A stretch of DNA of 64,000 nt from a bacterium (lineage in GTDB: Bacteria > Electryoneota > JAOADG01). The stretch is taken from NCBI GenBank assembly GCA_963681965.1, contig OY820579.1, forward strand, positions 64,001 through 128,000, read 5' to 3'. The notes below the pieces were generated by a model. It did not search any database and was not told where the DNA came from. It worked only from the letters and a program-made list of their open reading frames with translations. Below, piece after piece: positions 28,162 through 36,767 of this stretch; positions within the stretch are counted from its first letter, which is position 1; every line of letters begins with the position of its first letter. The position numbers and the translations under genes were made by a program.

Positions 28162-30186
28162 ATGTGTTACGGAGTGAACTTGGATCGTATTGAACCGACT
28201 GTCCCAACTCGCAAAATGACCTTTACCGAGTGGTTGTTTATTGGCGCTTTGATTGCCCGTTGCGGGTGGCTTATCGGTATGATCAAAACCCCATTCTGGA
28301 AAACCCCACTCGTTGATGCATTGGTTTACCATGAACTTGCGCTTAAGATCAATTCCGATGGCTGGCTTCCGACCTCGGTTTTCGAGCGAACTCCGCTCTA
28401 TCCCTACTTAATTGCAATCGTGTATCAGTTGGTCGGATCCGAACCATTTTGGATCAGGATGTTGCAAGCCTGTATCGGGGCAGTGAATGTCGTACTGATC
28501 TATCGGATCAGTTCGAAGATATTCAATGAATCGGTAGGACGGGTTGCCGGAATTATCGCTGCATGTTACGGGATGTTCTGGATTCACGAAGCGGATTTAC
28601 TCGCACCGGTTTGGGTAATCTTCTTCATGCTGCTGTCGATCATCTTCGCACTTCCGACCAAGAATTCGAATACGTCACCGATCCTTAAATTGCTGCGTCC
28701 ACTCGCCAGCGGTCTCAGCATGGGTTTGGCGATACTCGCTTGGCCCACCGTCACCTTTGCAGCGCCGGGTATTTGGCACATCGTCGGGCGGTCCAAAGAC
28801 CCCGATCTCAAAAATGATGTGACACCGAAGCGATTTCTTGCTCGCCAGATGGCTGCGATCGACTTTCGGGCGACTTTGCTGGTGATTGTCGCTACCCTCA
28901 TTCTTCCGATGAGTCTTGTAGGATTTCAATACATCCGGTTCGGCGAACCGATGCTTTCATTACAAGGCGGGGTGAATCTCTATCTCGGGAATAACCCGAG
29001 TTCCGACGGATTTTCGGCAATTATGCCGGGCATTGGTCCAGCGTGGAGTTTCGATGAATTGCGTGCCGATCTCGATCGAAAACTGAATCATCATGTCAGT
29101 TGGTTGGAGTTCGACCGGTATTATCGCAACGAAGCAATTCGCTTTTTCCTCACGGAACCGGTAATGGCTGCCCGGTTATGGCTGCAGAAATTTCTATTTC
29201 TAATCATGCCGACCGAGATTCCGAATACTTTCGATCCGTACGTGTTAAGCATGGCTTATCCGTGGGCAAAATCGGCACTCGTCGTCGGTTGGTGGCTGAT
29301 TTTCCCGATGGCGATCGTTGGCATCGCGCTCCGATGCCGCAAGCTACTCCGAAATTCACTTTCACCCTTTCAGCGAACAGCAGAACAGGGATTGTGGATT
29401 GCGCAAGCAGGGCTGGCTATCGGTGTCATGCTGTTTTTCATCAATATGCGATACCGGTTACCGTTAGTACCACTTCTTATCCCCTTTGCCGGTGTAACCG
29501 CAGTTTCGATCTGGGAACAGCGGAAGTCAATCAAACAGCTCCTGGTTCCATCCGTTGCGACTTTACTGCTCATCGGTATTCTGAAGATCGATTTCTCGCA
29601 CTATGGCGGTGACGGTGGCACCTATGGAATGATGCAACTGGCGATCGCGTTTCGCGACCAACAAAATTTCGAGCAAGCCGAGCACTGGTTCAATTCGGCA
29701 ATGGAAGTGAATCCCGGCTATCCCAGTATCCGCCATGAACTGGCACGACTGGCAATTCGCCGAGGCGATTATTTCGATGCGAAGCGACTAGCAGACGAAG
29801 AGGTTCAAGTCTCGCAATCGACTCCCTTTAAGATTGATGTGGCATCGGTGTTACAGAATATCGGCACGATTTACGGTCACCTAGGAATGTTGGATAGTGC
29901 TGAATTCTGCTTTCGAGAGTCACTCGCTCGCAATCCATCCTATTTTCTCGCTCAAAAAAATCTCTGGCGTACCCGATTACAGATCGGTGTTCAAGCATTT
30001 CTGGCGAATGACTCTACCAAGGCGATTGCGATCTGGCAACAGATCAAACAAGAAGCCGGGAATCAGCCGATTGCGGATATGATCGATAAAGTGATGGTCG
30101 ATCTTGAGAATGGAACGCTGAAAAAACACTTAGACGCGCTACCATCGTTATCGGAATTCGGGTTTGAAGAAGACGATTTACAGTAA
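28162..30186 (+). CDS. GT-C (GT39/ArnT-like) membrane glycosyltransferase with C-terminal TPRs
   Basis: VDALVYHELA, PLYPYLIA, GGVNLYLGNNP, RYRLP, many TM helices, TPR-like helical tail. Confidence 0.8.
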   Translation: MCYGVNLDRIEPTVPTRKMTFTEWLFIGALIARCGWLIGMIKTPFWKTPLVDALVYHELALKINSDGWLPTSVFERTPLYPYLIAIVYQLVGSEPFWIRMLQACIGAVNVVLIYRISSKIFNESVGRVAGIIAACYGMFWIHEADLLAPVWVIFFMLLSIIFALPTKNSNTSPILKLLRPLASGLSMGLAILAWPTVTFAAPGIWHIVGRSKDPDLKNDVTPKRFLARQMAAIDFRATLLVIVATLILPMSLVGFQYIRFGEPMLSLQGGVNLYLGNNPSSDGFSAIMPGIGPAWSFDELRADLDRKLNHHVSWLEFDRYYRNEAIRFFLTEPVMAARLWLQKFLFLIMPTEIPNTFDPYVLSMAYPWAKSALVVGWWLIFPMAIVGIALRCRKLLRNSLSPFQRTAEQGLWIAQAGLAIGVMLFFINMRYRLPLVPLLIPFAGVTAVSIWEQRKSIKQLLVPSVATLLLIGILKIDFSHYGGDGGTYGMMQLAIAFRDQQNFEQAEHWFNSAMEVNPGYPSIRHELARLAIRRGDYFDAKRLADEEVQVSQSTPFKIDVASVLQNIGTIYGHLGMLDSAEFCFRESLARNPSYFLAQKNLWRTRLQIGVQAFLANDSTKAIAIWQQIKQEAGNQPIADMIDKVMVDLENGTLKKHLDALPSLSEFGFEEDDLQ

Positions 30187-30281
30187 TCTCCGAGGGTTTT
30201 GAACATCGATGTAAACAAACCGGAGTGTTTCCGAGTAGGATAGTTAGAGGGGGATCATCTAATATCCTAAAGGAGACGAAC

Positions 30282-30701
30282 GTGAACCGGATTTCGCTTT
30301 TTGTAACTGCTATTCTAGCAATCTTGATTTTTCAGATCGGGGTGACGACAAGTGTCACCAATGCTATTGCTGCCGATAAACCCGATCAAGTCACACTGAA
30401 AGACTTTCCTTCGATCGAAGGCGGAATGAAATCGTTGGCATCGAAGTTGATTTATCCGGCATCGGCTAAAAATGACGGTGTTGAAGGTAAAGTGATGGTC
30501 AGCGCGACGATCGGAAAAGATGGTTCGGTCGATTCGATCTGGGTTGTGAAAGGAGTTCGCACCGATCTCGACAGTGCCGCAATCACCGTTATTAAACGAC
30601 TCACTTGGAAACCGGGCAAAACCGAACAAGGCGAAGCAGTCAAAGCAACGGTGACGATTCCGATCATGTTTAAATTGAAATCCGATAAAAAGAACCAATA
30701 G
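30282..30701 (+). CDS. Short TonB C-terminal-domain protein
   Basis: N-terminal signal/TM, YPASAKNDGVEGKVMV, LDSAA, WKPG, TIPIMFKL. RBS AAGGAG precedes GTG 30282. Confidence 0.85.
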   Translation: MNRISLFVTAILAILIFQIGVTTSVTNAIAADKPDQVTLKDFPSIEGGMKSLASKLIYPASAKNDGVEGKVMVSATIGKDGSVDSIWVVKGVRTDLDSAAITVIKRLTWKPGKTEQGEAVKATVTIPIMFKLKSDKKNQ

Positions 30702-30744
30702 TAATCCATTTTCGCATCGGAAAATAAACGACTCGAGGTGAATC

Positions 30745-31284
30745 ATCGTCGATTACACCGAGATCATAACACAGATTCAAGCCGGCGATGTCGAACAGTA
30801 TCGCTATATCGTGCAGGAATGGAAAGACGAGTTACTGAAACTCGCTTTCCATTTCACGCACGATTGGAATGACGCGGAAGAAATCGCGCAGACGACATTT
30901 ATTAAAGTCTATCGGAATCTCCAGCAGTATGACCGATCTCGACCCTTTCGACCTTGGATATTACGGATCCATTTGAACAATTGCCGCAGTCATTACAGAA
31001 AAATCCAATTCGAACGTCTATTCTTTACCGGATTAATTTCAGCACAATCGATTGCAACACCTTCCGACAGCTCCGATATCACCGAACCAATCATCCAATC
31101 GGCAATCGATCATCTTTCCTGGAAACAACGGTCGGTCTTCGTGATGATCGAAATTGAAGCTCAGAGTGTCGAAGCGACTGCCGAAATGTTACAGTGTGCC
31201 AGTTCCACAGTACGGGTGCATCTAATGCGCGCCAAGCAGAATTTACAGAATCGCTTGAAGAAAGCGGGGATCAGTTATGAATGA
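30745..31284 (+). CDS. ECF sigma factor (probable non-canonical ATC start; first standard start 30811)
   Basis: DAEEIAQTTFIKVY, FRPWILRI, LSWKQRSVF, STVRVHLMRA. Sigma-like sequence continues in frame upstream to a stop at 30739. Confidence 0.85.
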   Translation: MVDYTEIITQIQAGDVEQYRYIVQEWKDELLKLAFHFTHDWNDAEEIAQTTFIKVYRNLQQYDRSRPFRPWILRIHLNNCRSHYRKIQFERLFFTGLISAQSIATPSDSSDITEPIIQSAIDHLSWKQRSVFVMIEIEAQSVEATAEMLQCASSTVRVHLMRAKQNLQNRLKKAGISYE

Positions 31285-31600
31285 TCTGCAACGATATTTA
31301 TCCGGACGACAATCCGAGCAACCACCCCAATCGCTCAGTCACCGATTGGAAGTGAAGGTAATGAATCGGATTCGTTCGCAACACGCTCCGCGCTTGCGAT
31401 ATCGGCTGAAACTGGTAACGGTTGGTATTTCTGCGATCCTACTCACTCTGCTGTGGATTTCATTTCGGTCAACGGACAATTTACCAGTCGAGGCGCTGAC
31501 ATATAACAATTACAATGAATCGATCGTGATTTTAGACGATCATCAAGCCATCCTCCTCACCCCTCTTTCCAACGGTTCGCAACCGGGAGGACACCGATGA
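31277..31600 (+). CDS. Single-TM putative anti-sigma factor
   Basis: Overlaps the sigma stop; PPQSLSHRLEVKVMNRI followed by one TM helix. Confidence 0.65.
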   Translation: MNDLQRYLSGRQSEQPPQSLSHRLEVKVMNRIRSQHAPRLRYRLKLVTVGISAILLTLLWISFRSTDNLPVEALTYNNYNESIVILDDHQAILLTPLSNGSQPGGHR

Positions 31601-32640
31601 AAATCATTCGAATTGGTTGTTTGTTAACGGTCTTACTGCCATTGCTACTCTCTTGTCAACGGTTCTTTCCGCAGCGGTATTTGGTTTCGGCGCGGGTGAC
31701 GCATTTCAGTATCGTCGGGAGAGAGGGCGATCTGAATTTTCCGATGATAGCGCAGATCAAAGATATCGACGCGATTACCAAGGACATCGACGAGGCGGAG
31801 TACTATTATAAAAAGCTATCCTCAGTATATCAGTTCAAATCGTTCGTATATCAGCAGTCGGATAAAATCGATACAATTCTTACGAAGCAATCACTCGAGA
31901 ATCCGCTATCCTTTTCGCGCTTGACGCACTCACCGATACCGGTAGCAGTCGAATTGACAGGGATTGACGACCAACGCATTCGTTTCATCGTTCGAAGCCA
32001 GTCAACGGGAGCGAAGAAATTAGAGTATCCGGTCGAAATTCTATCCGGTAAATCGGCGTCGGTCGGGATCTTACACGATACTGCCAGACTTGGTGGAACA
32101 CTGGTCGTGATATCGGTCTGGATAATGAAAGTCGACCATCGGACAACTTCGACAGAATTAGTTCGGTTGTTGGAAGAGAAAAATAGTGTGCGTGGATCAT
32201 TGCATTCTCATCCGCGATTCATCGCTTCCGATCAACGGATCATCGATCAAGTATTGGGAGTGGGTAAATATCAACTTCCGATGGAAACTTTCGAATCACC
32301 TCAGATTCAACACAAAAATCTGGCGGAGGTTGACATACCAACAACACAGGAATTGGATGAAATGCCGCGTATTGTCGGGGGTATGGCGAGCCTTACGAGT
32401 CACCTCTATTATCCAGCTTCGGCTCGGAGAGATAACGTCGGAGGTAAGGTTTTAATATCAATAATGATTGATACTTCAGGTAATATTGTAGAAAAACGTG
32501 TTCTCAGGAGTGTAAGAAATGATATTGATTCTATGGCTCTTAAAGCACTTGATTCGATACGTTTCACACAACCGCGGGTAAAAGGGCATAGTGTTCGGGT
32601 ATGGGTTACGCTTCCGATTGCCTTTCAACTGAACAAATGA
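31597..32640 (+). CDS. Lipoprotein with C-terminal TonB domain
   Basis: Lipobox LLSC; C-terminal YPASARRDNVGGKVLI..VTLPIAFQL. Confidence 0.8.
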   Translation: MKIIRIGCLLTVLLPLLLSCQRFFPQRYLVSARVTHFSIVGREGDLNFPMIAQIKDIDAITKDIDEAEYYYKKLSSVYQFKSFVYQQSDKIDTILTKQSLENPLSFSRLTHSPIPVAVELTGIDDQRIRFIVRSQSTGAKKLEYPVEILSGKSASVGILHDTARLGGTLVVISVWIMKVDHRTTSTELVRLLEEKNSVRGSLHSHPRFIASDQRIIDQVLGVGKYQLPMETFESPQIQHKNLAEVDIPTTQELDEMPRIVGGMASLTSHLYYPASARRDNVGGKVLISIMIDTSGNIVEKRVLRSVRNDIDSMALKALDSIRFTQPRVKGHSVRVWVTLPIAFQLNK

Positions 32641-32999
32641 AAAATCGAACTTTGTGTAACCGAGAGAAATTTGCCGAACTTATTTGAATGCGATTACGCT
32701 ACAAAAGAATTACATATGTCTGTAATTATCATACTATTATAAAACACTACTAGTAATTAGTAAGTTTACACAAAGTACGACTGATAATGCTTTTCCCAGA
32801 TACAATGCAAATGTGTATTCGGGGTCACACATTCGTGAAGAGCACTGTGAAACATCATTGCATTTCTCCTCTTTGTAGCTTACTATAAGACTAATCATTC
32901 GCGCTGTTACTTCTGCTTTGAATTTCTCACCGATGCGAAACCTATAGAATTCGATGCAAGTTTAGTCGATCTTGTGCCGATAAAATGAAAGGACATGGA

Positions 33000-33122
33000 A
33001 TGCGCAAAGTATCGTCTTGGATTACTTCCAGTGGACGAGCTAAACCGCTGCTATTCTGGTCAATGATTACGATCGCGATGCTCGTTTTATTACTGAGAGC
33101 CGAAGCCTGTACGTTGTTGTAA
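33000..33122 (+). CDS. 40-aa single-TM small protein (not in ORF track)
   Basis: MRKVSSWITSSGRAKPLLFWSMITIAMLVLLLRAEACTLL*; RBS AAAGGA at 32988-32993; perfect hairpin at 33211-33246. Confidence 0.5.
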   Translation: MRKVSSWITSSGRAKPLLFWSMITIAMLVLLLRAEACTLL

Positions 33123-33210
33123 ATCGAATCGGTGTTTCTACTTTCACTGCGCTTCGAAAAGAATATTGTTAGCGTTTTATCTGCGGATAAATCCGCAACC
33201 TCGATAAATG

Positions 33211-33246
33211 AATAAACGGGTAGACCCTTGGTCTACCCGTTTATTT
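33211..33246. terminator. Hairpin / bidirectional terminator
   Basis: AATAAACGGGTAGACC-CTT-GGTCTACCCGTTTATT. Confidence 0.75.
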
Positions 33247-33265
33247 ACTCAAAAAAAAGCATTTG

Positions 33266-33379
33266 TAGTGGTTCTTGAAAATAAGTTGTCATGATTCGGT
33301 GTCTGGCTTCGCCTGACCTGCGGGCGGACACGGGGGTCCGCCCCTACTACCGATAACAACTTGTTTTCAATCGATACTA
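33266..33379. repeat. Composite REP/MITE-like element, copy D
   Basis: Near-identical to copy A; ends 2 nt from the stop of the GlmL-like gene. Confidence 0.9.
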
Positions 33380-33381
33380 AA

Positions 33382-35211
33382 TTACTCGTCGAATGCCCAT
33401 CGTTTCAGTTTACCGAGTCGATCCGGCGTATTCTTCTCGAATGGAAGTGGACGTCCACGGGTATCGACAACCAACCCGACCACACCACCAGTAAGATCCG
33501 CTTCCATGCTCTTGCCCGGTCCGGCACCCACATCGAACCCACGTACTGGATTGACCGATACTTTAGCCGATTCACCCAGTTTCAATTCATAAAGCTTCAG
33601 CTCACCGTAGCGTTGGGTAATATCTATGGATCGACCAGCTGAAGTCGTTCCTTTCACACTTACGCAATCCTTGCCTTCCTTGCTGCTTCCTACCGGAGCG
33701 ATACAGGTTCCGAGCCAGACAATACAATCCTTCTCGAACACTTCCACTGCAGCTTTCTTCGCATCGGGATGGGGAACCGATGCCAACACACCGAGTTGCG
33801 GCATCATGAAGATCGAGTCCACTGCCAACTTGGTGACTCCTTCGGGTAAGAAACTGTCGATCATCATGTGCATCGATTGCGAACGGCGTGGGGCATGGGA
33901 TAACACACCACCGGAACCAACGATTAGATCCAATTCCATCATTTTTACCAGTGTTTCGCCGGAAGAGGTTTGCTCGAACGTGTCGCTGATCGTTCGTTCC
34001 TGTTGAACGCCCTTCAAGGAAACGGCAAAGGCTTTGTGCTGGACGAATGCAAGGCGCAATGCTTCGCGGGCAATCGCTTGCTCGACCATCAGTTCCTCCC
34101 GTGTCTGAGGAATGGTGGTCGGTCGAATCATTTTGTTCGCAATTCGATTTCGCAGTTCATTTTCCGGTAAATCGAAAGGTACCCAGCGCATGATATTGTC
34201 GAGTCCAGCCTCGGCGAGCACATTGGAAATAGAATAACTCATTCCGAGATTGGCGGATACGGTTCGGTTGAAGAGACTCGAAAAGACCGAGAATACGTCA
34301 GTAGTAGCACCTCCGATGTCGACTCCTACGACGTTGATTTTATGTTGTTTAGCAATTTCCTGCATAATATCGCCGACAGCACCCGGGGTTGGCATAATCG
34401 GAGCATCGGTCCAGCCCATTAATTTGGAGTAGCCGGGCGCTTGCTGCATCACGTGTTCCATGAATAACTCGTGGACGGCATCGCGTGCCGGTCGGGTATT
34501 TTCCCGTTCGAGTACCGGTCTGAGGTTGTCAACGACGGTTAATTTGACCGTTCCCTCAAGGGTTTTGGAGACTTCGGCTGCGGCGTCTTTATTTCCGGCG
34601 TAAATCACAGGAAGATTGTAACCGTGACCCAGTCGTGCTTTGGGTCGGGCAGCACGCAACAATTCCGCCATTTCGACGACGTGCTTGGTGGTTCCACCAT
34701 CGACCCCACCGGACAGCAGCAACATATCGGGGCGCAATTTTCTAATCCGTTCAATTTTCTGGTGGGGCAATCGCCCATCGTTGGATGCCAATGTATCCAT
34801 CACAATCGCACCGGCGCTGTATGCGGCACGAGTAGCCGATTCGGCACTCATCTGCTTGACCACGCCAGCTACCATCATTTGCAAACCACCACCGGCGGAG
34901 GAAGTGGAAATGTAGATGTCACATCCTTCTTTCTCGGTTGCAGGTCGGAGGATCCGGTCTTCGTTTTTTGAATCCTGTTCGATAAACTTCTTGCCGCGCA
35001 GTTCTTCGACTTCCATGACCGCGTTCAGTACCCCGCGGGTAACATCTTCAAATGGCGCTTCAACGGTAGTCGGCGCTTCACCGCGGATGGTCTGTCGATA
35101 TTCTTCGACGCCGGTTTCGGGATTCTTCACCAATTCGATCAGAATTGCTTTCGTAGTCGTAGAACCGCAGTCGGTTGCAAGAATGGTTTTGATTCGTTGT
35201 GGCAATGCCAT
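33382..35211 (-). CDS. Glutamate mutase L (GlmL/MutL)-family ASKHA ATPase
   Basis: ATDCGSTTTK, STSSAGGGL, LSGGVDGG, MPTPGAV, VDIGGATTDVFS, GSGGVL; ATG at 35211. Confidence 0.85.
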   Translation of the reverse strand: MALPQRIKTILATDCGSTTTKAILIELVKNPETGVEEYRQTIRGEAPTTVEAPFEDVTRGVLNAVMEVEELRGKKFIEQDSKNEDRILRPATEKEGCDIYISTSSAGGGLQMMVAGVVKQMSAESATRAAYSAGAIVMDTLASNDGRLPHQKIERIRKLRPDMLLLSGGVDGGTTKHVVEMAELLRAARPKARLGHGYNLPVIYAGNKDAAAEVSKTLEGTVKLTVVDNLRPVLERENTRPARDAVHELFMEHVMQQAPGYSKLMGWTDAPIMPTPGAVGDIMQEIAKQHKINVVGVDIGGATTDVFSVFSSLFNRTVSANLGMSYSISNVLAEAGLDNIMRWVPFDLPENELRNRIANKMIRPTTIPQTREELMVEQAIAREALRLAFVQHKAFAVSLKGVQQERTISDTFEQTSSGETLVKMMELDLIVGSGGVLSHAPRRSQSMHMMIDSFLPEGVTKLAVDSIFMMPQLGVLASVPHPDAKKAAVEVFEKDCIVWLGTCIAPVGSSKEGKDCVSVKGTTSAGRSIDITQRYGELKLYELKLGESAKVSVNPVRGFDVGAGPGKSMEADLTGGVVGLVVDTRGRPLPFEKNTPDRLGKLKRWAFDE

Positions 35212-35530
35212 CTGGTAACTCCATACCCTAAGTTTTCGGTTTCTTCCAATACAATCTTCTAATATAAGTATTGGGAATGTGATTGGGAATAGACGATTTT
35301 CGACCGGGCACAAGCCACCGATTTCCAAATTACCCGGCAACTCACCATAGAATTCGGTTACCGATGATATTGCCCCGATAACCGTAATTACTGATTAATT
35401 TTCGAGATCTCGGTGGAGTGAATTGATATTCCTATCACGTTCGGTTATACTGTAATTATGAATAAGGGATTTCCACAGCGATTAACCTCCATTGACCCTT
35501 TCCATTCAACCCTTACAATCACGGTCCATT

Positions 35531-36760
35531 ATGTTTCAACAGACGACAACCTTGATTCTAGCTGGCGGTCGCGGCGAGCGTCTATATCCGCTAACGAAAA
35601 CCCGCGCCAAACCGGCTGTTCCATTCGGCGGCAGCTATCGGGTAATCGATTTTACACTTTCCAATTGCCTCAATAGCGGTGTCTCGCGCGTTCACATGCT
35701 CACTCAATACTCCTCTTTGACACTGGATCGACACATCCGGGAAGCGTGGAACGGTTTCGGTCGCGAACATGGGATGTATGTGGAGTTAGTTCCCCCTCAA
35801 GGACGGTTAGTCGATCGCTGGTACGCCGGCACTGCCGATGCGATTTATCAAAATTTATTTCTGCTGGAAGAAGAGCGACCCGAACGGGTGATGATTCTCT
35901 CCGGCGATCATATCTACAAGATGGACTACCGACTGTTTGCCGATGCCCACGAACGAAACGGTGCGGATTTAACTGTGGCAGTGCTACCGGTACCGATCGA
36001 ACAGGCTTCGAATTTCGGTGTCCTATCACTGGACAGTCACAATCGAATTACTCATTTTGCCGAAAAACCGGAACACCCCGAATCGATCCCCGACGATTCT
36101 ACTCGCGCGTGGGTTTCAATGGGTGTGTACTGTTTTCGGACAACTGAATTGGTAAAAGCTTTGGTCGCCGATTTACGCCGCGAAAACTCCTCACGCGATT
36201 TTGGAAAGGATGTCATTCCGTGGATGATCGCATCGGGGTTCCGCGTGTTTGGATATCCCTTCCGAGATGAAAACAAGAAATCGGAATTGTACTGGCGCGA
36301 TATCGGATCGATCGATCAATATTATCTGGCGAATATGGATCTGGTGGAAGTCGATCCGCAATTCAATCTGTACGATCAGAATTGGCGTGTCTTCACTGGC
36401 AACCGGTACGATCTGCCGCCGGCAAAAACGGTGTTTGACGACGACGATCGCCGCGGCGAAGCAGTTGATTCATTGTTATCTCCGGGTGTGATTGTAAGTG
36501 GTGCTACCGTTCGTCGCTCGGTTCTGTCTTACGGCTGTTTTGTCCATTCGTGGGCGACCGTCGAGCGAAGTATTGTTTTGTCATACGCCGATATCGGTCG
36601 TCATGCGAAAATTCAGAATGCGATTGTCGAAGGTGGCGTAAAGGTGGCAGAAGGCGACGAGATTGGTTTCGACCCAGTTGCCGATAAAGAGCGTTTTACC
36701 GTGACACCGGGGGGTATTGTCGTCGTAACGGCAACCGATCCCGAACGTCGACGGTTATAA
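35531..36760 (+). CDS. glgC: Glucose-1-phosphate adenylyltransferase
   Basis: LAGGRGERLYPLT..RAKPAVPFGG, YAGTADA, LSGDHIYKMDY, FAEKP, SMGVY, DFGKD, YWRDIG. Confidence 0.96.
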   Translation: MFQQTTTLILAGGRGERLYPLTKTRAKPAVPFGGSYRVIDFTLSNCLNSGVSRVHMLTQYSSLTLDRHIREAWNGFGREHGMYVELVPPQGRLVDRWYAGTADAIYQNLFLLEEERPERVMILSGDHIYKMDYRLFADAHERNGADLTVAVLPVPIEQASNFGVLSLDSHNRITHFAEKPEHPESIPDDSTRAWVSMGVYCFRTTELVKALVADLRRENSSRDFGKDVIPWMIASGFRVFGYPFRDENKKSELYWRDIGSIDQYYLANMDLVEVDPQFNLYDQNWRVFTGNRYDLPPAKTVFDDDDRRGEAVDSLLSPGVIVSGATVRRSVLSYGCFVHSWATVERSIVLSYADIGRHAKIQNAIVEGGVKVAEGDEIGFDPVADKERFTVTPGGIVVVTATDPERRRL

Positions 36761-36767
36761 TTTAATT

